DNA of 64,000 nucleotides from contig OZ242008.1 of assembly GCA_965204735.1 (NCBI GenBank), forward strand, positions 288,001 to 352,000, written 5' to 3'. Positions 49,973 to 58,409 of the stretch are shown piece after piece; position 1 is the stretch's first letter, and each line of letters opens with the position of its first letter. A model generated the notes under the pieces. That model searched no databases. It had not been told where the DNA came from and saw only the letters and a program-made list of their open reading frames with translations. Source of the DNA: Longimicrobiales bacterium. GTDB lineage: Bacteria; Gemmatimonadota; Gemmatimonadetes; Longimicrobiales; Gaopeijiaceae. A program made the position numbers and the translations under genes.

Positions 49973-51547
49973 TCACCGCCGCCCCTCCGGCGTCCCGTAG
50001 GGGTAGAGCGTTCCCAAGTCCACGTTCTCGTAGGGGAGCGCGTCCAGGAAGGTGGTGCCGACGAACGGCTCCGGGGCCTCCACGATCACGATCGTGGGCG
50101 CGAAGCCGGTCTCGTCGAAGCCGCGGCGGAAGTGGACCCGGGACTTGACCACGAACACGTCGTAGTCGGCGGGGTCGATCTCGCCCAGCCGGAAGGCGCC
50201 TGGGTAGAGGACCTGCGTGTAGGTCGGGGTCAGGAAGACCACGTTGCCGTCTCCGAAGGACACGGCCGCCACCGTGTCGTGCCCAAAGCCGTCGCCGAAG
50301 TGCTCCAGCACGCCCCGTACCCGGTAGGGGACGCCGCCCGACGGCGTGAAGCCGCCGACCTCCATGTCGAAGGAGTCGCCGGGACGGGCGCCCGAAGCCG
50401 ACAGCGCCTCCAGCGCGGCGGGCGAGGTGATCGTCCCGTACAGCACCTTGCCCAGCCCGACCTGCTGAAACGCCGCCAAGACGTGCGTCGCGTCGCCGGG
50501 CCGGTCGCTGTGGTCGCCGACGGCCACGGGAGTCTCGCCCGCCGCCACGGCCTCGGCCACGAGCCGCGCCGCCTCCGACGGCCCGGGGTAGCTGCCGACG
50601 GCGAACTCCTCGCGCACGCGCCAGATGAAGTCGTCCATGTCGTCGGCGATGCGGTCGGCCAGGGCCTGGTCGTCGTTGGTCATGACGTGGACGGTGGCGC
50701 CTACGTCGGGCACGTCGGACCACGGGTAGCCGTAGAAGACGTTCACGTAGGCGTCCGCTTCCCGCGCCTCCCAGCGCCGGGCTCGCTCCATGATGTCCAT
50801 CGACGGGGAGCGGCCCGTCCATTGGAGCACGGTGGCGGTGACGACTCCAGGCTTGCGGGTGGCGGTCGTGGAGACGTACTCGCCACGGGCGGCCAGGCGG
50901 AGGGCTCGGGCGGCGCGCTCGCCCTGGATGTAGGCGTCGTAGTGCGGGTAGCGCTTGGTGACGAAGGCGAAGTCGGCGTGGCGGAGGAACTCGCCGTCCT
51001 CGTTGCCGTGGAGGTCGAAGGTGGCGGCGATGGGGACGCCGGGGCCGACCAGCTCGCGGAAGCGCCGAGCGATCTCGGCCTCGGGCCGGGGAACGTCCCG
51101 CACGGCCATTGCGCCGTGCAGGGAAAGGTAGACGGCGTTCACGGGCAGCTGGTCCTCCAGCTCCGCCAGCATCGCTTCCAGGAAGTGGTCGAAGGTCTCC
51201 CGCGTGTTCCAGCTTCGGGACGAGCCGCCGAAGACTCCGTTGGGCGAGGCGAGGGGGACCAGCTCGACGTCGCCGAACTCGCGAGCGCGCTGGGCGAAGC
51301 CGCGCAAGTAGGCGCCGGACGACAGGAGCGCGTCGCCGGAAAGGGGCTCGCTTTGCCGAAGCCAGTCCTCGACCTCCGTGTCCCCGCCGGGGCAGAACGT
51401 GCAGGTCTCGTGCTGGTACTTGGCGACGGCGAAGCGGAGGGGCGCGCGCTCGGCCGGCTCGGCGCAGGCGAGCAGCGCCAGGCACGACAGCGCGACGGGG
51501 GCCAAGCGGGGGTCCGCCCCGGCAGGGCGAGGGCAAGTTCTGGTCAT
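49973..51547 (-). CDS. M81 family (MlrC-like) metallopeptidase lipoprotein
   Basis: HETCTF, LSLHGAM, DLHGN, YPHYD, VKSRVHFR; lipobox LLAC. Confidence 0.92.
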   Translation of the reverse strand: MTRTCPRPAGADPRLAPVALSCLALLACAEPAERAPLRFAVAKYQHETCTFCPGGDTEVEDWLRQSEPLSGDALLSSGAYLRGFAQRAREFGDVELVPLASPNGVFGGSSRSWNTRETFDHFLEAMLAELEDQLPVNAVYLSLHGAMAVRDVPRPEAEIARRFRELVGPGVPIAATFDLHGNEDGEFLRHADFAFVTKRYPHYDAYIQGERAARALRLAARGEYVSTTATRKPGVVTATVLQWTGRSPSMDIMERARRWEAREADAYVNVFYGYPWSDVPDVGATVHVMTNDDQALADRIADDMDDFIWRVREEFAVGSYPGPSEAARLVAEAVAAGETPVAVGDHSDRPGDATHVLAAFQQVGLGKVLYGTITSPAALEALSASGARPGDSFDMEVGGFTPSGGVPYRVRGVLEHFGDGFGHDTVAAVSFGDGNVVFLTPTYTQVLYPGAFRLGEIDPADYDVFVVKSRVHFRRGFDETGFAPTIVIVEAPEPFVGTTFLDALPYENVDLGTLYPYGTPEGRR

Positions 51548-51549
51548 GT

Positions 51550-51933
51550 TCACGACTCCATGGCTGCTGCGAGTCCTCGATCGAACGTCATGATCCGCGA
51601 CACGCCTCGGCGTCGGCAGCACGCCAAGTGGATCAGGTCGCGGGCCGACAGGCAGGGGTTGGCTTCCACAAGCGCCCGCGCGAGCCGGACGTCTTCGGCT
51701 TCCAGCGTCCATACTACGCTCGCGCACTCCTCCGCAAGGTCCAGCGCGGCGTCCAGCGTCGAGTACCGTTCCGTCCGAACGTAGGCGTGCACGAGCTCCA
51801 GGAGCGCCGCCGAGGAAGTGGCGAGCGGCAGCCGCTGGCCGACGGCCTCGACCAGAAGCGCCCGAGCCCTGGTCCGGAGCGGGTGGGGACGCCCGACGGC
51901 GTACATGAAGACGTTCGCGTCGACGAAGGTCAC
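51550..51933 (-). CDS. vapC: VapC-family PIN toxin
   Basis: FVDANVFMYAVGRPHP, LSARDLIHLA, IMTFDRG. Confidence 0.9.
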   Translation of the reverse strand: MTFVDANVFMYAVGRPHPLRTRARALLVEAVGQRLPLATSSAALLELVHAYVRTERYSTLDAALDLAEECASVVWTLEAEDVRLARALVEANPCLSARDLIHLACCRRRGVSRIMTFDRGLAAAMES

Positions 51934-51934
51934 G

Positions 51935-52207
51935 TCACTCCCCGCCGGGGTTCCCGAAGCCCTCGATCACCCGCTTGTGCTCCTCCCACTCGGGCTCGGC
52001 GTCCTCTCCTTCCGTGGCGTCGCACTCGGCGAAGAAGCGCTGCAGATCGGATGCCGTGCGGAGGCGGTGCCGGGCGCGGGAAGCGACGTACTTCTCCTCG
52101 GCCGCCTCTCTGATCCAGGCGCCCAGGGACTTTTCTTCCCGAGCCGCCTGCTCCCGCCAGCGCGCCTTGTCGCCGGGGTCCGCCAGGACTTGGATTCTGG
52201 CGCTCAT
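51935..52207 (-). CDS. Putative RHH antitoxin
   Basis: MSARIQV..AAREEKSLGAWIREA..EPEWEEHKRVI; 1 bp upstream of vapC. Confidence 0.8.
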   Translation of the reverse strand: MSARIQVLADPGDKARWREQAAREEKSLGAWIREAAEEKYVASRARHRLRTASDLQRFFAECDATEGEDAEPEWEEHKRVIEGFGNPGGE

Positions 52208-52223
52208 CGGAACGTCTCATGTG

Positions 52224-52262
52224 CAGGTTGGATTGTCATGATCACTAAAATGGAGCATCAAG
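52224..52262 (-). promoter_or_regulatory. Putative sigma70 promoter/operator region of the TA operon
   Basis: Minus strand TTGATG-18 bp-GACAAT, overlapping the palindromic TGATCATGA; AT-rich island. Confidence 0.4.
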
Positions 52263-52279
52263 GGCGCCGACGTGCAAGA

Positions 52280-54139
52280 TGTCGTACCAATTTAGAAATG
52301 TCCGGTCTTACCAAGATAGAAATGTCCTCTTTCGGGCGATGTTCGGCGGGAGTCGAACTCGTGCCCGGGAGAGGAGCGAATGGAGTTGAGCTTGAAGGAG
52401 CGGGACCGGATCTCGGTGTTGAGGCAGGTGAGCGAAGGCGTGCTGGCGGCGGCCGACGGCGCGGCGCGCTTCGGGGTGACGGAGCGTCACTTCCGGCGCG
52501 TGCGCCGCCGGTTCGAGGCGGCGGGCGACGAGGTGGTCGTGCACGGGCTCCGGGGTCGGAGGTCGAACCGGTCGCTGCCGTCGGAGACGCGGGAGCAGGT
52601 GCTGGTCATGGCCAGGGACCCCGACTACGCCGACTTCGGCGCCACGTTTCTGGCGGAGCATGTCGAGCGGGAGCTGGGCGTGCGCGTCAGCGCGGAGACG
52701 CTGCGGGCATGGCGGAAGGGCGCGGGCTTGTGGCAGCGCAAGCGCAAGCGGGCGAAGCACCGGCGCCGACGTCCGCGTCGCGCCGCGCGGGGCGAGCTGC
52801 TCCAGTGGGACAGCTCGGTTCACGCCTGGCTTGAAGACCGGGGGCCGCCCGACCTCGTGCTGATCGCGCTGCACGACGACGCGACGAGCGGGTTCATGCA
52901 CGGTCGCTTCGTCGAGCGCGACACGGGCGCCGCGAATCGGCGAGCGATCGTCGAGTGCCTCGAACGCCACGGCCGTCCGAGGGCGGTGTACGTGGACCAC
53001 GCGGGCCACTTCGGGCAGCGCCTCGGCCCGGAGGGCAAGCGGACCCGGACGATCATCGGCACGGCGCTGGAGAAGCTGGGCGTCGAGGTGGTCCTGGCGA
53101 ACTCGCCGCAGGCGAAGGGCCGGGTCGAGCGGACGTTCGGCACGGCGCAGGACCGGCTGGTCAAAGAGATGCGCTTGGCGCGAGTCACCACGCTCGAGGC
53201 GGCGAACCGCTACTTGGAGGAGCGGTGGGTTCCGTTCTGGAACGAACGCTTCACGGTGGCGCCGGCCGATCCCCTCGACGCCCATCGCCCGCTGCCTCAG
53301 GACATCGATCTGGAAGCCCTCTTCGCCGAGACGGACACGCGGGTCGTGGCCCGCGACTTCACCGTGCGCTTCGAGAACCGCTTCTGGCAGGTCACGGCCC
53401 GCGACGCCGAGGCGGCCGGCGTCGCGCCGGGCTCCCCCGTCGTCGTCGAACGGCGTCTCTCGGGCGAGCTGCGCTTCCGGCATCGCGGCTGCTACCTGAC
53501 GCCCAAGGCCTTGGGGGCGGTCCGGTCGGCGACGCCCAAGCCGGCGCCGGCGCCCGCGACGGCCAAGCCCAGGCCCAAGCCGCCGAAGCCGGGAAGGGAT
53601 CACCCGTGGCGCAAGCACTTCAGCGCCAGCGTGGCCCAGGCCGTGGCCAAGCGGGAACACCGCGCCGCCCACTCCAACGGGACCGGTCCCGAGCGGTGCA
53701 GGACCTCGTCCTGAGCCTGCAGGCGGGGACGGCAGCTCGCACTCCCCTTCCCGCAAAGGTCGGACGCGACCGCAGTGTCGGCATCCGTGCCTCCGAGGCT
53801 TGCCGGCGCTGCGCAGGTCGCTCGGCGCACCACGACCGTCCGAGCTGGCAGGCTCAGTGCGAACTGCGAGCCATCGGGGCAGCAGTGTCCGGACCCGTCC
53901 GCGTTGGCGTCCACCCGGCCAGAGCTTGGCCACGGCGACGACCTCGACTCGCCCGGCCGCCACTGGCCTTGAAGCGCCTGGAACAGGGCGCCCGGCGCCG
54001 TCCAGCCCAGGCTTGCTGGATCCGCGTGTCCTGCGCCCGACACCTGGCCCCCGGCCTCAGGAAGAACCCACCGTCCACACCATCAGGGGGGACATTTCTA
54101 CTTTGGCCAACTACCGGACATTTCTACTTTGGCTTGACA
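52280..54139 (+). mobile_element. IS1202-family (formerly ISNCY) insertion sequence, 1860 bp, with 16-bp target duplication
   Basis: TGT..ACA ends. Each end carries two copies of CCAA..TAGAAATGTCC (52280-52327; 54090-54139). GCGCCGACGTGCAAGA is duplicated at 52264-52279 and 54140-54155. Confidence 0.93.
52380..53714 (+). CDS. DDE transposase, IS1202/ISNCY type
   Basis: N-terminal HTH, QWDSSVHAW, HDDATS, YVDH, SPQAKGRVER, DHPWR; GAGGAG RBS. Confidence 0.95.
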   Translation: MELSLKERDRISVLRQVSEGVLAAADGAARFGVTERHFRRVRRRFEAAGDEVVVHGLRGRRSNRSLPSETREQVLVMARDPDYADFGATFLAEHVERELGVRVSAETLRAWRKGAGLWQRKRKRAKHRRRRPRRAARGELLQWDSSVHAWLEDRGPPDLVLIALHDDATSGFMHGRFVERDTGAANRRAIVECLERHGRPRAVYVDHAGHFGQRLGPEGKRTRTIIGTALEKLGVEVVLANSPQAKGRVERTFGTAQDRLVKEMRLARVTTLEAANRYLEERWVPFWNERFTVAPADPLDAHRPLPQDIDLEALFAETDTRVVARDFTVRFENRFWQVTARDAEAAGVAPGSPVVVERRLSGELRFRHRGCYLTPKALGAVRSATPKPAPAPATAKPRPKPPKPGRDHPWRKHFSASVAQAVAKREHRAAHSNGTGPERCRTSS

Positions 54140-54157
54140 GCGCCGACGTGCAAGATG

Positions 54158-54186
54158 TTGCGGGCTCGTCCGGACGCTCCCATAAT
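54158..54186 (+). promoter_or_regulatory. Putative sigma70 promoter for the symporter
   Basis: TTGCGG (54158-63), exactly 17 bp, CATAAT (54181-86), 70 bp before ATG 54257. Confidence 0.55.
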
Positions 54187-54256
54187 GGGCCGGCAGTCCC
54201 GTTCCTTCCACCCCCAAGCGGCCAAGCGCGCCCACCCCCGTTCCCCGGAGAACCCC

Positions 54257-55513
54257 ATGGAATACAACCCCGACCTTCCCTGGTACCGACGCCTCCACTG
54301 GCAGGTGGCCGCGGCCATGGTCACCGGCGTCCTGGTCGGCGCGTTGGGCGGCGAAGGAGCCGCCAACGCCCTGGGCTGGATGGGCGATCTCTTCATGCGC
54401 CTCCTGCGGATGATCATCGTTCCGCTGGTGCTCACGTCGATCGTCTCGGGCGTGGCGTCCGTCGGCGGGGGACGGGCGATCGGCCGTCTCTTCAGCAAGA
54501 CCCTGGGCTACTACGTCACTTCCAGCCTGCTGGCGGCGTGCGTGGGCGTCCTCATGTTCAACATCTGGCGCCCGGGCCGGGGCGCGGACCTGAGCACGGC
54601 CGTCCAGGACGAGCTGCCGCAGCTGGACACGCCCAGCGGACTCGACCTGCTGCTGAACGTCGTCCCGCGCAACTTCGTCGACGCGATGGCCTCGGCCGAC
54701 ATGCTGGCGATCATCTTCTTCTGCATCGTCTTCGGCGCCGCCATCACGACGTTGCCCGACAAGCCGCGCACGTTGGTCACCGACATCTTCGAATCCTTCT
54801 TCAAGGTGATGATGAACCTCACCTCGGGGATCATCAAGTTCCTTCCGATCGGCGTGTTCGCGCTGATCACGCGGATGGTCGGCAGCACCGGTTTCGAAGC
54901 CTTCACGCCGCTCCTCAAGTACGTGGGCACGCTGGGCTCGGGCCTGGCGATCCACTTCCTGGTCACGCTGCCGCTCCTGCTGATGTTTGTGGGCCGGATC
55001 AACCCGTGGATACACCTGCGCAACATGCGGAACGCGCTGCTCACGGCGTTCTCCACGAGTTCGTCCGCGGCGACTCTTCCCGTGACGATCAACGCGGTCC
55101 GCAAGCGGGTGGGCGTGTCGAACAAGGTGTCGTCGTTCGTTCTGCCGATGGGCGCCACGGTGAACATGGACGGCACTGCGGTCTTCGAGTGCATCGGCGC
55201 CCTGTTCATCGCCCAGGTGCTGGGGATCGAGATCACCATCACACAGCAGCTCCTGGTTGTCGCCACGGCGCTGCTCGCATCGATCGGCGCGGCCGCCGTG
55301 CCGTCCGCCGGCCTGGTGATCATCTTCATCGTGCTGGACGTGATCGGCCTGGGCGACAACGCAAACGCCGTGGCCATCGTGGGCATGATGCTCGCCATCG
55401 ACCGGCCCCTGGACATGTGCCGCACCGCCGTCAACGTCTACAGCGACTCCTGCGGCGCCGCGATCATCGCCCGCTCGGAAGGCGAGGAGGACGTGGACAA
55501 TGAGGTTCGGTAA
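54257..55513 (+). CDS. Dicarboxylate/amino acid:cation symporter (DAACS, GltP-like)
   Basis: FMRLLRMIIVPLV, AFSTSSSAATLP, GATVNMDGT, DRPLDMCRTAVN. Confidence 0.95.
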   Translation: MEYNPDLPWYRRLHWQVAAAMVTGVLVGALGGEGAANALGWMGDLFMRLLRMIIVPLVLTSIVSGVASVGGGRAIGRLFSKTLGYYVTSSLLAACVGVLMFNIWRPGRGADLSTAVQDELPQLDTPSGLDLLLNVVPRNFVDAMASADMLAIIFFCIVFGAAITTLPDKPRTLVTDIFESFFKVMMNLTSGIIKFLPIGVFALITRMVGSTGFEAFTPLLKYVGTLGSGLAIHFLVTLPLLLMFVGRINPWIHLRNMRNALLTAFSTSSSAATLPVTINAVRKRVGVSNKVSSFVLPMGATVNMDGTAVFECIGALFIAQVLGIEITITQQLLVVATALLASIGAAAVPSAGLVIIFIVLDVIGLGDNANAVAIVGMMLAIDRPLDMCRTAVNVYSDSCGAAIIARSEGEEDVDNEVR

Positions 55514-55611
55514 GGGCGAATAGCCCCGGACGTGCACCGAGGTCGAGGACGTGGCCCGATGAGTGCCGGCGGCATCTCCGCCGGTGGACTTCATCGAAGA
55601 GGATCAGCAGC

Positions 55612-56586
55612 ATGGCAGGAATGACAAGAGCGGAGAATTGGGCGTGGCTCTGGTGGACCATGCTCGGGTTGGTCGTCGTGGTCGCCGTCGTGGCGAACAT
55701 GGCGGGCAAGCCCCTTGCGTCTCGGGCGGCGGGAGCGCCGACGGGCGAGCGGGGAACGGCCGTGGTCGACTCGGTGCTGAAGGCCGAGCGTCCGGCGGAG
55801 CTGCGGACCACGCCGTGGCACTGGCGCGAGGACGGCGACGCCCGGTACGGCGACAGGGGAGCCATCAGACGCGGCGGCGTGGCTTGGACCAGCGCAACGT
55901 CGCGCGAGGCTGGGGGGCCGTGGCAGGATCGCAGGCTTTCGCTTTCGTGCGGCTGGGAGGGGGAGGACGGCTCGGGGCCAATGTACTCGCTCAAGTTCCA
56001 CTACCCCGGCGTCCAGAAGATCGAGGTCGGCGACGGACGTGGGGCAACTTCGATTCGCGCATCCGTTGACGGCTTGCCCCTGCCGCCGGGGAAGCAAAAC
56101 AGCTTCGGGGCGGCGGGCAACGCATACACGTTTGACGGATACGCCAAAACGGACGTGCCGCTGGGCGTCCGTGGTCCGCTCATGGCCGGCGACGCGGTGC
56201 GGGTCGAGCATGTCGACGCCGCGGGCAACGTGCTGGACGCGGGGACGTTCGCCTTGCGAGGATCGGCGGCGGCGCTTTCGGATGCGGGGCTTGGCGCGTG
56301 CTCGTGGGCGAAGGCGGAGCGGTTGCGGGCGAAGGCGGATCGGCGTGATGCGGACCGCCTGGCGGCGGAGCAGGCCAGGCGCAAGCGCTTGGCGAACCCG
56401 TGCACGTCTGGGGCTCGGTTCGAGAAGATCTTCCTGGTCGGCTGGCTTTATCAACCCAGCCCCGGCGCAGACTGGGTGTCGGTTCGAGATATGTTCCCAG
56501 ACGACTACAACAAGATCACTCGGCAGCTCGAGTGGCTTGGCGCGGGCGACCCGGTGCTCTACAAAGACATTCCGGGGCTTTGCTGA
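55612..56586 (+). CDS. Hypothetical membrane-anchored protein
   Basis: N-terminal TM (WLWWTMLGLVVVVAVVA), plausible codon usage, no recognisable motif. Confidence 0.6.
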   Translation: MAGMTRAENWAWLWWTMLGLVVVVAVVANMAGKPLASRAAGAPTGERGTAVVDSVLKAERPAELRTTPWHWREDGDARYGDRGAIRRGGVAWTSATSREAGGPWQDRRLSLSCGWEGEDGSGPMYSLKFHYPGVQKIEVGDGRGATSIRASVDGLPLPPGKQNSFGAAGNAYTFDGYAKTDVPLGVRGPLMAGDAVRVEHVDAAGNVLDAGTFALRGSAAALSDAGLGACSWAKAERLRAKADRRDADRLAAEQARRKRLANPCTSGARFEKIFLVGWLYQPSPGADWVSVRDMFPDDYNKITRQLEWLGAGDPVLYKDIPGLC

Positions 56587-56861
56587 CGAACGTTGCGAGG
56601 CGTCTGCTGGCCGCGGGGGCTCTGGCCCTCGTCGCTGGCGGGTGCGAGGGGCGGCTGCAGACGGTGACGAATCGCGACGAGTTCGAGAACCCGCCCGTGC
56701 GGGTGGCTGTCCCCCTCGTCGGCAAGGTGGCCCGTGGGTGGACAGCCTGCCCGTCGGTTTCGCCCGGGTGGGGGAGCACAGTTGCATCGGCTGCAACGTC
56801 ACACAGAGGGCGGTCGCTCATCGCGCACTGGCGCGACACAATGCCGGAGGAGGAACGGTGA
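56580..56861 (+). CDS. Small putative lipoprotein, possibly degenerate
   Basis: TTG overlaps the upstream stop; ARRLLAAGALALVAGGC lipobox-like signal. Confidence 0.4.
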   Translation: MLTNVARRLLAAGALALVAGGCEGRLQTVTNRDEFENPPVRVAVPLVGKVARGWTACPSVSPGWGSTVASAATSHRGRSLIAHWRDTMPEEER

Positions 56862-56862
56862 A

Positions 56863-57036
56863 GTGGTGCTGGCCGTGACCTGGCCGGCCGTGGTCCTCTG
56901 GCCCAGGTGCGGGTCCTGCGAGGCCGTCCTGCGCGACTGCTCCCACTGCGGCGAGGAAGTGTGCGAGCACTGCTCGGAGGGCGAGTGCCCGGAGTGCCTC
57001 GATCCGCTGGACATGGCCGAGGACTGGCCCGGCTGA
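56863..57036 (+). CDS. Small Cys-rich protein (four CxxC), putative zinc-binding
   Basis: GGAGGAGG RBS 9 nt upstream of GTG; CGSC, CSHC, CEHC, CPEC in 57 aa. Confidence 0.55.
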   Translation: MVLAVTWPAVVLWPRCGSCEAVLRDCSHCGEEVCEHCSEGECPECLDPLDMAEDWPG

Positions 57037-57277
57037 TGGCGGACGCGCAGACGACGCGCAACGGCGCGCCACCTACGGCGAGTGGGGCGGTGAGCCCCCA
57101 CCGCCCACCCCGAGCAGCCCGCCCGGCCCGGCTCCGGCGCGACTCTCTGGCTGGGAGTGCATCCGCCTGGGCTTCTTCGCGGCGCTGGGCTTCGCCTTTG
57201 CTGGCATCGTCCTGGCGGCCGTGGTGGGCGTCGTGTCCATCCTGGCGGGCTGGGGCGTCCTAGCCTGGATATTCTAG
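57036..57277 (+). pseudogene. Probable frameshifted small membrane protein
   Basis: ATG coupled to the upstream TGA (TGATG), but the hydrophobic coding-like segment GWECIRLGFFAALGFAFAGIVLAAVVGVVSILAGWGVLAWIF* lies in another frame that has no start codon. Confidence 0.4.
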
Positions 57278-57349
57278 CCCGGACGCGGCGCTGGGACGCC
57301 TGCCGGGCTTCGGGGTGCCGGGTGGACCATCGGCCCCGCCCGGTGCCCG

Positions 57350-57520
57350 TCGAAGCGCGCACCGTGGGGCTGCTGGACTCGGCGCAGGCGACGAGGTAGG
57401 CGGCGACTTGGGTGGGCGCGGCGAGCATCGAGGGGAAGCCGCGTTCGTCGGCCCACGCGGCCCACTGCTTCCACTGGGACGAGTAGGCCCGGCGGCGAGA
57501 ACTCGGCCCTGGCGCGAAGG
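57350..57520 (-). pseudogene. Remnant of a Cre-like tyrosine recombinase N-terminal domain
   Basis: SRRRAYSSQWKQWAAWADERGFPSMLAAPTQVAAYLVACAESSSPTVR matches the TRRAY..W..F..W...G...PA.P..VAAYL pattern; no upstream start codon and no catalytic domain. Confidence 0.7.
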
Positions 57521-57557
57521 CAAGGAGCCCCGGCCCGTATCCGCGGGCCTGAAACTC

Positions 57558-58409
57558 CTACGATCTGGCCTTCGGAAGTCGCTCCGTCGCCGCAAAGTGA
57601 CTGATTGGGCCGCGTCCTGCGCCCAGACCCGGCGCTTCCGCGATCGCCCGGCGAACCCACGCGACCGCAGCCTCCACCGCCTCGGCGAGCGGGCGGCCCA
57701 GCGCCAGTCCGGCCGCGACCGCCGCGCTCAGCGAGCACCCCGTCCCATGAGTGTGGCGAGTGGGAACACGGCGCCCGCGCAGGACGCGGCTCGACCGACC
57801 GTCCCACAGCATGTCCGCCACTTCGTCGCCGGCGATGTGCCCGCCCTTGACGAGCGCCGCCCCGGCGCCGGCGTCCACCAGCAGCCGCGCGGCCCGCTCC
57901 ATGCCCCCGACGCTAGCGTCCTCGACGCCCGTGAGGACCACGGCCTCGGGCCAGTTGGGGGCGACAAGCGCCGCCTGGGGAAGGAGTTCGTCCCGAACCG
58001 CGGCCACGGCGTCGGGATCGAGCAGGCGGTCTCCGCTGGTGGCGACGATCACCGGATCGAGCACGTAGTCGCCCAGGTCGTGCCTTCGCAGAGCCGTCCC
58101 CACCGCCCGGACCGTCTCGGCGCTGGCGAGCATCCCGGTCTTGACCGCGCGCACGGCGAAGTCGTCGGCGACGCTCCCGATCTGCATCGCGACCACGGAA
58201 GGCGGCACCGCGTGTACCTTCTGGACCCCCAGGGTGTTCTGGGCCGTCACCGCCGTCACCGCGGAGGCGCCGTAGACGCCCCATCGGTGGAAGGTCTTGA
58301 GGTCCGCCTGGATCCCGGCCCCGCCGCCGCTGTCGCTCCCGGCGACGGTGAGCACGACGGGCGGGCGGTCCCCGGCTGGCGACCACGAGGGAGGCGACGA
58401 ACGGCGCAT
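57558..58409 (-). CDS. thiD: Hydroxymethylpyrimidine/phosphomethylpyrimidine kinase
   Basis: LTVAGSDSGGGAGIQADLKT, TAQNT, KTGML, LDPV, KGGH, HGTGC. Start is 58409 or 58355. Confidence 0.95.
   Translation of the reverse strand: MRRSSPPSWSPAGDRPPVVLTVAGSDSGGGAGIQADLKTFHRWGVYGASAVTAVTAQNTLGVQKVHAVPPSVVAMQIGSVADDFAVRAVKTGMLASAETVRAVGTALRRHDLGDYVLDPVIVATSGDRLLDPDAVAAVRDELLPQAALVAPNWPEAVVLTGVEDASVGGMERAARLLVDAGAGAALVKGGHIAGDEVADMLWDGRSSRVLRGRRVPTRHTHGTGCSLSAAVAAGLALGRPLAEAVEAAVAWVRRAIAEAPGLGAGRGPISHFAATERLPKARS

Noticed and set aside
52240..52300. XerCD/dif-site targeting by the IS
   Set aside because: No dif-like sequence flanks the element, and the dif-targeting subgroup makes short 5-6 bp duplications rather than 16 bp.
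54134..54165. IS right end supplies a perfect outward TTGACA, a possible hybrid promoter
   Set aside because: There is no -10-like hexamer 16-18 bp downstream. The native TTGCGG-17-CATAAT explains the promoter.
52955..55513. 852-aa transposase-region/symporter fusion ORF
   Set aside because: Chance open frame across the IS. The symporter has its own RBS, ATG (54257) and promoter.
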